A DNA stretch of 64,000 bases, from positions 1 to 64,000 of the IMG/VR virus record IMGVR_UViG_3300010396_000045. One strand, written 5' to 3'. Below, one piece after another: positions 36,236-45,586 of the stretch. Below the pieces are notes generated by a model, which saw only the letters and a list, made by a program, of their open reading frames with translations, was not told the DNA's origin and made no database searches. Positions within the stretch are counted from its first letter, which is position 1; each line of letters begins with the position of its first letter. The position numbers and the translations under genes were made by a program. The stretch comes from a virus.

Positions 36236-37175
36236 CTAAGACGCAGTGGTTTGAAGCACAAATGACGTCCAAAAATCTTGACACTGTCTCGCTAGGACAG
36301 CATGCATCCGATAAGAGATGCCTTTCGCTTTCGCCGAAAGTTGAGACTACATCATCACCCCTTTGCGGGGGCCGGGCGCTTCGGAGCCGCTCGGCTCCTA
36401 CTCCCTTGCGGGATAGTCGTTGAAGGTTCCGACGATCTGTCGGCTTCCCTGCTGATTGCCCAATCCGACCACTTTTCAAACCGTGACGCCTGCCATTCCT
36501 GGCTTCGCTGTGGTAGGTCGGCTCTAAGGGGATTCGAGCAATTCACCCAGTTATTCAAAGTAGATTGCTCTACTAGGCAACGCGTGCTAGCAACTGTGCT
36601 TCGTTGTCGTTGCTAACGTCCATTGTGACCTGGACTGTCGTCGTGATAGACGTGCTGCCTATGACGATATCGGCGCTCGACGTCCCCACGCTAAAGTCAG
36701 CGAGCGTGGCATTCTGCCCGCTAGTAGCCGAGTAGTACGACCACTGGCAGGAGTTGTCCGCGACGGCGTTAGAAGTGCCGCTCGGACCACCAGAGGCCGC
36801 AGCGGTGCCAGCCTTCGTCAGCACGTAGAAATTAGCGCTGTTGCTGACGATGGTAAACAGGTTGGCGTAGGTCGCGTTAGCGGTCCACGCTGCGCTGTTC
36901 AGGGTAGCGCGGGCGAAGGTGACGGTTCCGTTTGCGCCTGGCGTTACGCTTGTGGCGACGAACGAAGCGGTAGCGGCGTCATTCGGGCTAGAGAAGGCTG
37001 GAGCGCCGAAGGCGGTAGCGGAGAAGACGAAGGTTGCGAGGGCGGTGTTGGTGCCCGCAAGCGCCGTCTCCGGGGTGGCTGGCTGGGGGTTGTTGTACAT
37101 CACCAACCGGCCGTTGTTGAAAAGTGGGAGGATCTGATTGAGCCCCCACGAAGCGCTGTTCACAGCGAAGTTCAC
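36236..37175 (-). CDS. Intron-split probable virion fibre subunit with CBM-like insert (exons 37175-36622 and 36269-36236; 195 aa spliced)
   Basis: GTG start with AGGAG RBS; splicing gives ...STSITTTVQVT-M-TSFVLQTTAS*; CBM-like insert AWTANATY...AASGGPSGT...DNSCQW. Confidence 0.75.
36270..36621 (-). ncRNA. Group I self-splicing intron (IA-like, no internal ORF, 352 nt)
   Basis: Minus-strand core in order: P GGGTGAATTGCTCGAA (36548-36533), Q GGCAATCAGCAGGG (36460-36447), R CCTTCAACGACTA (36426-36414), two hairpins before P3' CGCCCGG, P8 CCCC-GCAAA-GGGG, S GATGATGTAGTCT (36356-36344); 5' exon ends in U, intron ends in G. Confidence 0.88.
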
Positions 37176-37366
37176 GTTAAAAGCTCCTAGTAAATGAGAG
37201 GAAAGGGAGGTCTCTCATCACTCGGCGGCGCACGCACGAAGGGGCGTAGTTGCGGCGCGTCTTTATGCTCCGCGTCGCTTTGTGGGAGGGGCATAGCGGG
37301 CGCGTGAGGCTTGATTGGCCTTAGCGTCGCGACTGCTCTGACCCGTATGTGGAGGAAGCCGAGCAC

Positions 37367-38437
37367 CTAGACGTACTGCCCGCCTGTTGCCGTTGTGCCT
37401 GCTGTAGAGCCTGGGAAGAAGGTGGTCGACTGGCCGCTAGAGATGATGCCGTTTGAGGTCGCACTGTATCTCGGGCCGTTGGCTGTCCCGCTGAACGTCA
37501 TCGTATTGTTGGCGCCTACAGCGACTAGGCCTGCGGCTTGGGCTGCTGCGAAGCCGCCGGAGAAGGTCGGAGTGCCTATGATCGTTGCCACCGAGCCAGG
37601 TTGTCCGGTCTGGATAGAGCCTGCTGCTGCAAGATAGTGGGAGCTAGCGGCGCCGGTTATCGTGTAACTGGAGTTTACGGTTATGTAGCCCCCGGACTGC
37701 GCCCACATATGGAATGAGGCAGCAGTACCGAAGCTCATCGCTCCGTTTATGGTGATCGCTCCGCCGCTGCCCGTTACGATGCAGGGAGCAGGGGTTATGC
37801 CGCCGATGGTTCCGGACGCCGCCAGCGAGAATCCAGAGACCGTGATCGATGCCCCAGACAGAACCTGGATAGGGACCTTGTTGCTCGTGGTGATGAGACA
37901 ACTGGCGGGGGTCAGGGTGTTTCCTACGAACGAGACTGTGTTCCCTGCTCCGAGACCGAGAATGACTCCATTGCATGTCATGCCAGTCTGGTAGGTGCCG
38001 TTCGCTACGCTGACGGTGACGTTGAAGCCGTTCAGGTCGAGCTGCGTGACGATATAGTTCCATGCCTTTTGCAGAGTGGCGAACGGAGCGGATGCTGATA
38101 GGCCTGTGTTCGAGTCGCTGCCCGTAGGAGAGACGAACAGGCTCATATTGCCCAGCAGCTTTGTCCGCCAGACGCCCTGCATGGCGGCGACGAAGTTCGC
38201 CTCTAGGGTAGCTATGGTCCCGTCGTCGAGCGCGTCCTTTCCTGAGAAGTCGCAGATGAACTGCGCTATCATCGAGGAGACTATGCTGGACTGACGAAGA
38301 ACCTTATTGACCTGGTTCGACTGCGCGATGCCGGTCTGGAACCCGGTTGGTAGAGCGGTCATAGCGAGATACTGAGACTGGCTCAGCACGTTCGCTCCAG
38401 CGGCGCTCGCAAAGCTCTTGAAGTCATTAGTAGCCAA
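37367..38437 (-). CDS. Tail fibre protein
   Basis: N-terminus ATNDFKSFA...ANVLSQ..Y...GFQTGIA.S.QVNKVLRQSS typical of myovirus fibres; FVSPTGSDSNTGLS...PFATLQKA; ends TGGQYV. Confidence 0.85.
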   Translation of the reverse strand: MATNDFKSFASAAGANVLSQSQYLAMTALPTGFQTGIAQSNQVNKVLRQSSIVSSMIAQFICDFSGKDALDDGTIATLEANFVAAMQGVWRTKLLGNMSLFVSPTGSDSNTGLSASAPFATLQKAWNYIVTQLDLNGFNVTVSVANGTYQTGMTCNGVILGLGAGNTVSFVGNTLTPASCLITTSNKVPIQVLSGASITVSGFSLAASGTIGGITPAPCIVTGSGGAITINGAMSFGTAASFHMWAQSGGYITVNSSYTITGAASSHYLAAAGSIQTGQPGSVATIIGTPTFSGGFAAAQAAGLVAVGANNTMTFSGTANGPRYSATSNGIISSGQSTTFFPGSTAGTTATGGQYV

Positions 38438-38459
38438 AGTGAACGCCCCCTAGATAGGG

Positions 38460-40886
38460 TTATATCGATATGATCGTGATGCTCGGATCCGGGAAATTGA
38501 GCGATGAGGTCACGCCGGCATTCACTGGGATAGTGGTCCGCGTGCCATCCTGAGTAGTTGCGCTTGTCATCTGCCATACGTTTGCTGTGCTGTTTCCAGA
38601 GCTATTCACAGGCCAATGGCTAAGAGCTACGGTCTTGCCGTTCTGCGCTCCCTGGCCGGCGTTGACGATCATAAGACCGAAATGGCCGGTCGACGGCGTA
38701 CATGCCATCGTTAATAGGTTCGCCGCGTTCGTTGGCACGTTCCAGCGTGATCCGGTGACTGTACGTATTTGCTGTCCGTTAGCATAACCCGCTGGAGTAA
38801 TCGGATTGCCAGCGACATCACTCAGGAAGCCGGCAGGCCCTTGCAATGCGGAGTCCCACTTCCCCCAGTAGCAGGTTACAGGAGACGAATTTGCCGACGT
38901 AATCTTCTGGATCGCATCCCAGACGGCACCTCTGTAGTCCCCCTGTGCAATATCCTGCACTGACGAGTCCATATTACCGGCGGGATAATATGCACTCGGC
39001 TGATACGCGACCTGCGTAGCTGCCGTGCGAATGCCGCCGGCAAAATAGTCGGCGAATGTTGTCTGCAATTGAGACATAGGCACGCCGCCCGGAGTCGGCG
39101 ATCCCTCAAAGAAATTGTCCCATTGGAACACGTCCATGCCAGGCACAGCGCTGGAAAACCCGGACCACCCACCATTGACGTTACCCGCGAAATCGGAAAC
39201 CGGACCGATTACGATATATGTGCCGCCCCCCGGAAGAGAGACATTCTTGCAGTTTGCAATGATCTGATTGTAATAACCGGCAGAGTCGTCTGTGTTGGCC
39301 GGTTCATTCTGCCCGCAGAATCCGATAACAGGCAGCCTCTTTCCGTTGGGCATCGTCTGGTTCTGAAAGAACAGGGCCATGTTGTGTATCATCTGGCCGT
39401 ATAGAGTCTGGTTAGTGATGTTGAGATCTCGCCAGTTCAAATTGAGAACGATAGCGGAGACCCCCAGCGGATCGACCTTGTAGAAATTATTTATGAGGTT
39501 CGCATATGCTGCTTGATTTACGTTGGGGAACGTTCCCCATAACTCTGGCGGAGGTGTCAATTCCATCCACAGGCCGGGGCACACTGTCGCCATCTTGGTC
39601 TGATATTCAGTTGACGTCAGTAGAGCGAATGGATTCCCGTTGGCTACGGAGAACGAGCCGACTAGGCTACCGTCATTGGCAAATGCCCCATCGGCTACCC
39701 CATAGAGCCGAGGTGAGATAATCATCTGCCCTCGGCCAGAGTTCTGGTTCGTTGTTCCCGGAGTCGGGTAGAAGTAGCTGGACGAAAAGTCGGCCGTCAT
39801 GAACGAACTAAAGGCAGCAGGACCAGGACCGCCGGACGATGCCTGAGAGACGATGGTAAACGGCGAAGGACCAAAGGGAGAGTTCGACGCGCTCGATTGC
39901 GTCGCGGTTAGACCGATCGAATAGTTGCCAGCCGTCAGGTTGCTCGCAGAGGTTATCAGGCTGCTGCCTGATAGCGAAAAGCTGGAGGAATTCGCCCCGC
40001 TCAGCGATACTGAGCCACTGAACGTCCCGCTGCTTACCGTGACAGATACAGCGCCTACCGTCGTCCCAGAAGGCGCGGTAGAGGACACGGTGTTGTTGGA
40101 TAGCGATATGCCGGTGATCGTCAGCGGCACGCCGCTCGGAGAGGCGCAGGCGACCCACCCGGTAATCGGGGAAGTCGTGGTCGGCCCAGTCCACGAGAGA
40201 GAGCCAGACGTGATCGTCCCGGTCGGCGTAAGACTGTACCAGTTATTGCTTACGTCAAGTTGCCAGACCGTTGATCCGATCAGATAGATAGCTTGGGCAT
40301 GGGATATAGTATCTGTCTGGCCGTTCACTACGGGATTGCCGCTGCCATTGAGCGACCAGACGTTGGCCTTTGTATCCGTAAATGACCCACTACCCGGCGT
40401 TGCCGTGGGATACGACGTCGTCCCAGCCCATTGCCACCAGCCAGGCGTTCCGAATGAATTCCCGTTGCTCTCCTCGTGGTAGACGATATGGCTCTGATAG
40501 AAGACCTGGAGGACGCCAGACGTCGTCGCGTCCGTCGTGCCATTGTGGATTACCTGCCCGCCCTGGCCTGTGATGGTCCATGTATCGAACGGTCCGCCTG
40601 TCGGCGCGGCCTGCCCAGGCGTCTGAGACGAATAGATCGTCTGGCTTGATGAAGTGACGCTGGAGAGGTTCGCGGACTCCTGGGTAACAGACCCCGTTTG
40701 GAAAGGCCCCGCTATTGCAGGCGAGGACTGAAGCCCAGTGATGGTGTCGACCGCAATTACTCGAACCCAGTAGTTCACCCCCACAGACAGGCCCGTTATA
40801 GAAAAGCTGGCAACCGAGGATGTGCCAGCTTGTGTCCAAGGTCCGGTCGCGGATGTTCCGTACGAAATTAGGTAGCTATAGCTCAT
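38460..40886 (-). CDS. Modular tail appendage protein (partial FN3, Trp-rich modules, cadherin-like domain, putative glycoside hydrolase barrel)
   Basis: SITGLSVGVNYWVRVIAVD; ISLSNNTV....PSGTTVG; GQNEP acid/base-like motif; C-terminal beta-sandwich. Confidence 0.6.
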   Translation of the reverse strand: MSYSYLISYGTSATGPWTQAGTSSVASFSITGLSVGVNYWVRVIAVDTITGLQSSPAIAGPFQTGSVTQESANLSSVTSSSQTIYSSQTPGQAAPTGGPFDTWTITGQGGQVIHNGTTDATTSGVLQVFYQSHIVYHEESNGNSFGTPGWWQWAGTTSYPTATPGSGSFTDTKANVWSLNGSGNPVVNGQTDTISHAQAIYLIGSTVWQLDVSNNWYSLTPTGTITSGSLSWTGPTTTSPITGWVACASPSGVPLTITGISLSNNTVSSTAPSGTTVGAVSVTVSSGTFSGSVSLSGANSSSFSLSGSSLITSASNLTAGNYSIGLTATQSSASNSPFGPSPFTIVSQASSGGPGPAAFSSFMTADFSSSYFYPTPGTTNQNSGRGQMIISPRLYGVADGAFANDGSLVGSFSVANGNPFALLTSTEYQTKMATVCPGLWMELTPPPELWGTFPNVNQAAYANLINNFYKVDPLGVSAIVLNLNWRDLNITNQTLYGQMIHNMALFFQNQTMPNGKRLPVIGFCGQNEPANTDDSAGYYNQIIANCKNVSLPGGGTYIVIGPVSDFAGNVNGGWSGFSSAVPGMDVFQWDNFFEGSPTPGGVPMSQLQTTFADYFAGGIRTAATQVAYQPSAYYPAGNMDSSVQDIAQGDYRGAVWDAIQKITSANSSPVTCYWGKWDSALQGPAGFLSDVAGNPITPAGYANGQQIRTVTGSRWNVPTNAANLLTMACTPSTGHFGLMIVNAGQGAQNGKTVALSHWPVNSSGNSTANVWQMTSATTQDGTRTTIPVNAGVTSSLNFPDPSITIISI

Positions 40887-40923
40887 CCAGCAATCCTTGA
40901 AGTCTTTTTAGACAGGATGGCCT

Positions 40924-43900
40924 TTAAGGCTTGGTCGCGTACACCCTGTAGTAGTCAAGCGACGCATAGGCCGGAAGGCTGCCGTCTGATGGCGTTCCAT
41001 CGCCGGCATTATAGTCGGCGCCATTGGTGTAGATGTAAGTTCCCATGGGTTGGGTCTTCCAGTCGCCGCCTGGCGTTGCATGGGATGTGCCCACCTGGAC
41101 TCCATTTATAAAGCAGCGGATAAAGTCTGATTGCCAGTCGAGCCCATAAATGTTCGGTCGGCTAATATCGAGAGTGGTTGTCGAATAAAGTGTTATACCT
41201 CCTGTCTGGAAGCCTGCACCACTCCCCTGATTCCCGTCATCAACCATCTGGAACCAGACATGCGATACGCCGCTGGTGTCGGTCCAAAGATAGATATTGA
41301 GTTCAACGCTCCAACCGTCCTGCACGCCCGGGAAGTGGTTCTCGATATCGAATCCGAACATGAAGCCGTTCACCTTCGGAACGGACACCGAGAATTCGTG
41401 GTAGCCGTAAACCCGGTAGCATCCTCCCGGCGTGTTGAAGTTGTTGATGATTGTGCCGAGCAGGTGTTCGGTAATTCCCAACCCACCCGGATTGACCATC
41501 ACACCAAGGCGCAACGCGCCGCTAACCAAGCTATAGAGCGAGGAGGCAGACGGCGTGGCGATCGGGTTAACCCACCAAGTAGATACGCCCGTCGTGGATC
41601 CGCCCGGAGACCCAGGAACGCTGAATTCCCACATATCTCCAGACTGCCACACCTGGTGCGACATCCAGGATCCCGAGCTAAACTCGTCATCGAAAATTGC
41701 TGAGATTGGAGTAGAGCCGGGGAAGGCGTTCCACACCTTGACATATTCAAACTGAGCGGTAACCGGCAGTGATCCGGGGCTACTTATCACACCATAGAAA
41801 CTGGTAGGGTCGGCATCTCCCATATAAATTAAAGGATAGAGAGGGACGCCGTAGCCGGATGGCGTCGGCCATGAGCCCTGGGCTACCCTATCGATGTAGA
41901 AAGTCGTCGTCGTCGGCGTTACCAGGACGCCGTACTGGTGGAATTGGGAACAGTCTACGGTCCCGACTCCTACCGCATTATATGTGTAGACGTTCTGAAG
42001 AACCTGAGAAGAAGCAGCGTCCCACAAGGCGAAACCGCCGGCCTGGAACGAAGTCTGGTTCGTGTTTATCTGAATGACGTCGATTTGGTTCGCACCTTGA
42101 GTGGAGTAGAGAATAAACCCGGCTCCCGTACCAGTAAGAGGCTGGACCGCCATCTTGACTTCAAAGTATCCATATGTCTGCGAGAATGTTAAAGCGGTCT
42201 GCAACTGAGCGGAGATATAAGGGAGGTTATTGACCGCCGATAGGTACTGAGACGGAGTATTATCGACTCTTAGGTTCAGAACACCGTTAGATACTGTATA
42301 TATGCTTGTAATAGGCGTCGCGGGGTTGAATGGGTTTAGCACCCACATATCACTCCCCGGGTTGCCCGCATTTAGCGGAGCGTAATCCTCTGCTGGTTGC
42401 CACGTTTGTCCCGCAGCGGGAGCATAGATATTGTACATATTCAGAGAAGTGAACTCATCGGAGAATGTCGGATTATTCGGATCCGACCCGCCAAGGATGC
42501 GGGGATCACCGCTTGTGGATGTCCATACTCCGTTGTTCCAGAAGGACCACGATAGCCCCGAACCAGAAGGAGGCGCTGCGCCTGGTCCTACCCACGTTGA
42601 GCCGTTCCAGAAGTACCAGTTACCAGACCCCTGGTCCTGCGCGTAGATCGTGTCCGTCTGAGGGACGTAGGTAAGCGCTCCCGTCCCGCCTCCTCCCGGA
42701 ACAGCGGTGCCGTTCTCTAGGACATTTCCGCTGGCGTCGATCGTCCACACATTGCCGTGGATGTCCGTAATGGACCCGACCCCGGGCGTGATGGTGGCGA
42801 TCGTTACCAGTGTCGCCTGATAGACTGCGCTCTGGTAGTAGAGCAGTTCGATAACGTTTGAAGGACTCTGGACCGATATGCCATTACGGTCGATCTCAAA
42901 GCCCCCGCCCACGCCTGCCATCGACCAGTGAGCGCCAGCCGCATCGACAATCTGCCAAGTGCTGTTGTTGACGAACGTCCCGGAAGGAGACTGGCCGAGC
43001 GTTATATCTGTGCGAGGATCCTTCGTCGCCGATACCCAGGCCGACCCGTTCCAGGAGAACCACGCATTCGCGTTCGTCTTACGGTAGACCGTGCTATTCC
43101 AGAATAGGAGTTCGACGGTCCCTGTCGTGCCGGAATCAGAAACACCTCCATGAACAACCTGGCCGGCTGAATTGATCTGCCAGGAGGTTCCCTGAGTGCC
43201 GATGATCGTCGCGACTGTATCGGTTACATCTGTCTGCTGCGGAGACGCTGTAATCGCCGGATCGCCGCTATATGGGATCCAATTTCCACCGAGCGCATCG
43301 CCGCCGTAATAGCTCCACGTAGGCGCCGTCGTAGCAGGACCGCTCGCGACTGGACCGTTCCAGGAAAGCGCTCCAGAGGTAATCGTCCCGGTAGGCGTTA
43401 GGCTATACCAAGATCCGGCTTGGTCCTCTTGCCACACCGTCCCGTTGACCAACTCCAGGAGCTGCGCGTGAGAGACCGTATCGATATTACCGTTCACCAC
43501 CGGATTCCCGGAGGCGTTCAGCGACCACGCATTGCCGAAACTGTCGGTAAACGAGCCGCTCCCTGGCGTAGCCTTCGGCGTTGTCGTCCCGGCCAGCATC
43601 CAGACATTGTGGTTCCAGTAGACAATCTGCTGGACGCTGCTGGTGTTCTGGAGGACCGTGCCATTGCGCGATACCTGCACGCCGCTCGCTGTCCCGCTGG
43701 CATAGAGAGACCACGCGTTGAGGCTTGCGTCGTATAGCGCGGAGGGAATGGCCCAGGAGACGCCTAGAGACGAACCGGACGCCACTGAGATGATAGGACC
43801 GACAGATGGGACAGTCGTTGCCGAGGAACTGTTGACCCGTGTGTTCTGCGCGGACTCAATGATAGAGCTGGCACTCGTTATGACCGGCCCAACAACGCTC

Positions 43901-44073
43901 GGGGCCGACTTAATACCAAGGACGGTATCCTGAGCCGTGATCCGGAAGAAAAAGCCTGTGCTGCTGGAAAGCCCGCTGACGATGTCGGTCGTAGCGGAGA
44001 ACGGCGAGCCGGAGACTGTCGTCCAAGGACCGGATGAAGCGAGAGCCTCTTCTACGATGTAGTTAACGCCCAT
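40924..44073 (-). CDS. Modular tail appendage protein with two GH16-like domains
   Basis: TFSDEF...NGVLNL...FSQTYGYFEVKM...FHQYGV...YIDR...EYVKVW, then a second copy IFDDEF...YGYHEF...YGLDW...DYYRVY. Confidence 0.75.
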   Translation of the reverse strand: MGVNYIVEEALASSGPWTTVSGSPFSATTDIVSGLSSSTGFFFRITAQDTVLGIKSAPSVVGPVITSASSIIESAQNTRVNSSSATTVPSVGPIISVASGSSLGVSWAIPSALYDASLNAWSLYASGTASGVQVSRNGTVLQNTSSVQQIVYWNHNVWMLAGTTTPKATPGSGSFTDSFGNAWSLNASGNPVVNGNIDTVSHAQLLELVNGTVWQEDQAGSWYSLTPTGTITSGALSWNGPVASGPATTAPTWSYYGGDALGGNWIPYSGDPAITASPQQTDVTDTVATIIGTQGTSWQINSAGQVVHGGVSDSGTTGTVELLFWNSTVYRKTNANAWFSWNGSAWVSATKDPRTDITLGQSPSGTFVNNSTWQIVDAAGAHWSMAGVGGGFEIDRNGISVQSPSNVIELLYYQSAVYQATLVTIATITPGVGSITDIHGNVWTIDASGNVLENGTAVPGGGGTGALTYVPQTDTIYAQDQGSGNWYFWNGSTWVGPGAAPPSGSGLSWSFWNNGVWTSTSGDPRILGGSDPNNPTFSDEFTSLNMYNIYAPAAGQTWQPAEDYAPLNAGNPGSDMWVLNPFNPATPITSIYTVSNGVLNLRVDNTPSQYLSAVNNLPYISAQLQTALTFSQTYGYFEVKMAVQPLTGTGAGFILYSTQGANQIDVIQINTNQTSFQAGGFALWDAASSQVLQNVYTYNAVGVGTVDCSQFHQYGVLVTPTTTTFYIDRVAQGSWPTPSGYGVPLYPLIYMGDADPTSFYGVISSPGSLPVTAQFEYVKVWNAFPGSTPISAIFDDEFSSGSWMSHQVWQSGDMWEFSVPGSPGGSTTGVSTWWVNPIATPSASSLYSLVSGALRLGVMVNPGGLGITEHLLGTIINNFNTPGGCYRVYGYHEFSVSVPKVNGFMFGFDIENHFPGVQDGWSVELNIYLWTDTSGVSHVWFQMVDDGNQGSGAGFQTGGITLYSTTTLDISRPNIYGLDWQSDFIRCFINGVQVGTSHATPGGDWKTQPMGTYIYTNGADYNAGDGTPSDGSLPAYASLDYYRVYATKP

Positions 44074-45585
44074 CTAGCTCACCGTAAACGCTACGGAGCC
44101 GACGACGGCGCCATTCGCCACGACGTAGAGGACATGCTGACCAGCCGCGAGCGACGGGAGCGTAAATCCGAACGACGTCTGAGTGACGATAGCTCCGGAA
44201 GGTAGGCTGCTGAGAGCAACGGGCTGGTCAGCATTCCATCCGAGTTGGACCGCCGAGGAGGTGGCAATCTCAGTAATTCCGCCGACCGCTGGCAGCGTCG
44301 GATCTACCACGTATTGCAATGTTGGCACCGAGGTAAACCCAGGCAGCGAGCCGGAGACCGGGATGCTTGACGTGTGCGATGCTCCGGAAATCGGGTTGAT
44401 AATCACCTGAGGCGTTGTGGTGACCGTTGCAACGCCCGCCGCACGGAGCGTCATGACGGTAGCAATGCCTACCGTCCGAGATGTCCCGACAGAACCGACA
44501 GCGGTCAGCGGCAGGATCGTAGCCAAACCTGCTGCATTGGACGCGGCCTGTATGCCGAAGCCAACAGCACTCAGGCCACCGAACGTCGCGCGCCCGATAG
44601 CCGATATACCGCCCGCCGTGCTGCTGGTCGTGACGACGATCGGCGATGATACCGGGCCAGGACCGGACGGGTTTACCGCATAGACCTCGAAGGCATACTG
44701 AGTACCGGGGAGGAGGCCGGAAACGGTCGCAACCGTGTTCGGCGTCGGCGAGCCAGCGGCTTGATATATGCCAGTCGTGCCGTCTCCCAGGACGAACTGG
44801 ACCTGGTAGGTATATGGGCCGATGCCAGTCTGTGGAGCGATCCACGACAGCGTCACCGAGGACGACGTCACAGAGACTATACCAAGGCTCCTGACAAGGC
44901 CCGGTCCCTGGCCGAGCGCCCCGCCCCATGCGCCCTTGTCCCAGCCGGCGATCGTGGCGTTGTCTACGTCGAAGCCGAACAGAGCAACGCTGTTGATCGA
45001 CGTGATTTCGTAGTTGACGCCTACGCCTTCGGGGTTGATCGGGAGATATCCCCCCTCCAGAAGAGCGGTAATCAGCGGACTGGGGACGACGCCGGATATC
45101 CCGACCGTCATCGTCATATCCTGGTTGTCCTGGATAGTGACGATAGACGCCGGGTTGTTCAGCAGAAGTCCGAGGGCCTCGGCAGCCTCGGCTATGGAGC
45201 CATCCCAGCTATTGAGGATGACCTTGGCCTTGAGCAGAGCGCGGTAGGTATCATCGTCTAGCCGCGTCAGGCCATCGGTCGGATCGAATGGCCCCTTCCA
45301 GACGCCCTGGTCGAAGCCAAGCCCTACCGTGTCGAACGAAAAATAGAGGTTCGCAATCGGCTGCTCGACGAAGCGCGTGCGCCCGATCCATTGGCCTACT
45401 GCGTCAAGCTGGACGCCGATAGCCGTGTCCAGGTCAAAGGTCGTCAGAAGTGAGCGTAGGAGCGCCTGGGAGTCGAGAAACGGCTGGATAAGCGCCGTTA
45501 CGTAAGCGACGAACTTTGGTTGATTGGCGTGTTCGGACGTAATCCGCGCCAGGTAGCTCGCGAGCGTCGGAACACTTGAGGCCAT
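44074..45585 (-). CDS. Baseplate wedge protein (DUF2612-like) extended with FN3 and Ala-rich repeats
   Basis: ITSEHANQPKF, FDLDTAIGVQLDAVGQWIG, LDDDTYRALLKAK..NSWDG, DNQDMTM; FN3 SVTLSW...VSGLLPGTQYAFEVYAVN. Confidence 0.88.
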   Translation of the reverse strand: MASSVPTLASYLARITSEHANQPKFVAYVTALIQPFLDSQALLRSLLTTFDLDTAIGVQLDAVGQWIGRTRFVEQPIANLYFSFDTVGLGFDQGVWKGPFDPTDGLTRLDDDTYRALLKAKVILNSWDGSIAEAAEALGLLLNNPASIVTIQDNQDMTMTVGISGVVPSPLITALLEGGYLPINPEGVGVNYEITSINSVALFGFDVDNATIAGWDKGAWGGALGQGPGLVRSLGIVSVTSSSVTLSWIAPQTGIGPYTYQVQFVLGDGTTGIYQAAGSPTPNTVATVSGLLPGTQYAFEVYAVNPSGPGPVSSPIVVTTSSTAGGISAIGRATFGGLSAVGFGIQAASNAAGLATILPLTAVGSVGTSRTVGIATVMTLRAAGVATVTTTPQVIINPISGASHTSSIPVSGSLPGFTSVPTLQYVVDPTLPAVGGITEIATSSAVQLGWNADQPVALSSLPSGAIVTQTSFGFTLPSLAAGQHVLYVVANGAVVGSVAFTVS

Positions 45586-45586
45586 A

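Noticed and set aside
36099-36616. Short ORFs 36099-36479, 36302-36616 and 36355-36558
   Set aside because: They overlap the group I intron core and have no protein motifs.
40924-45585. Amber recoding or readthrough suggested by in-frame TAG-ATG junctions (44074/44073, also 7968/7969)
   Set aside because: Conserved genes are full length in the standard code and end at TAG where expected; no suppressor tRNA was seen.
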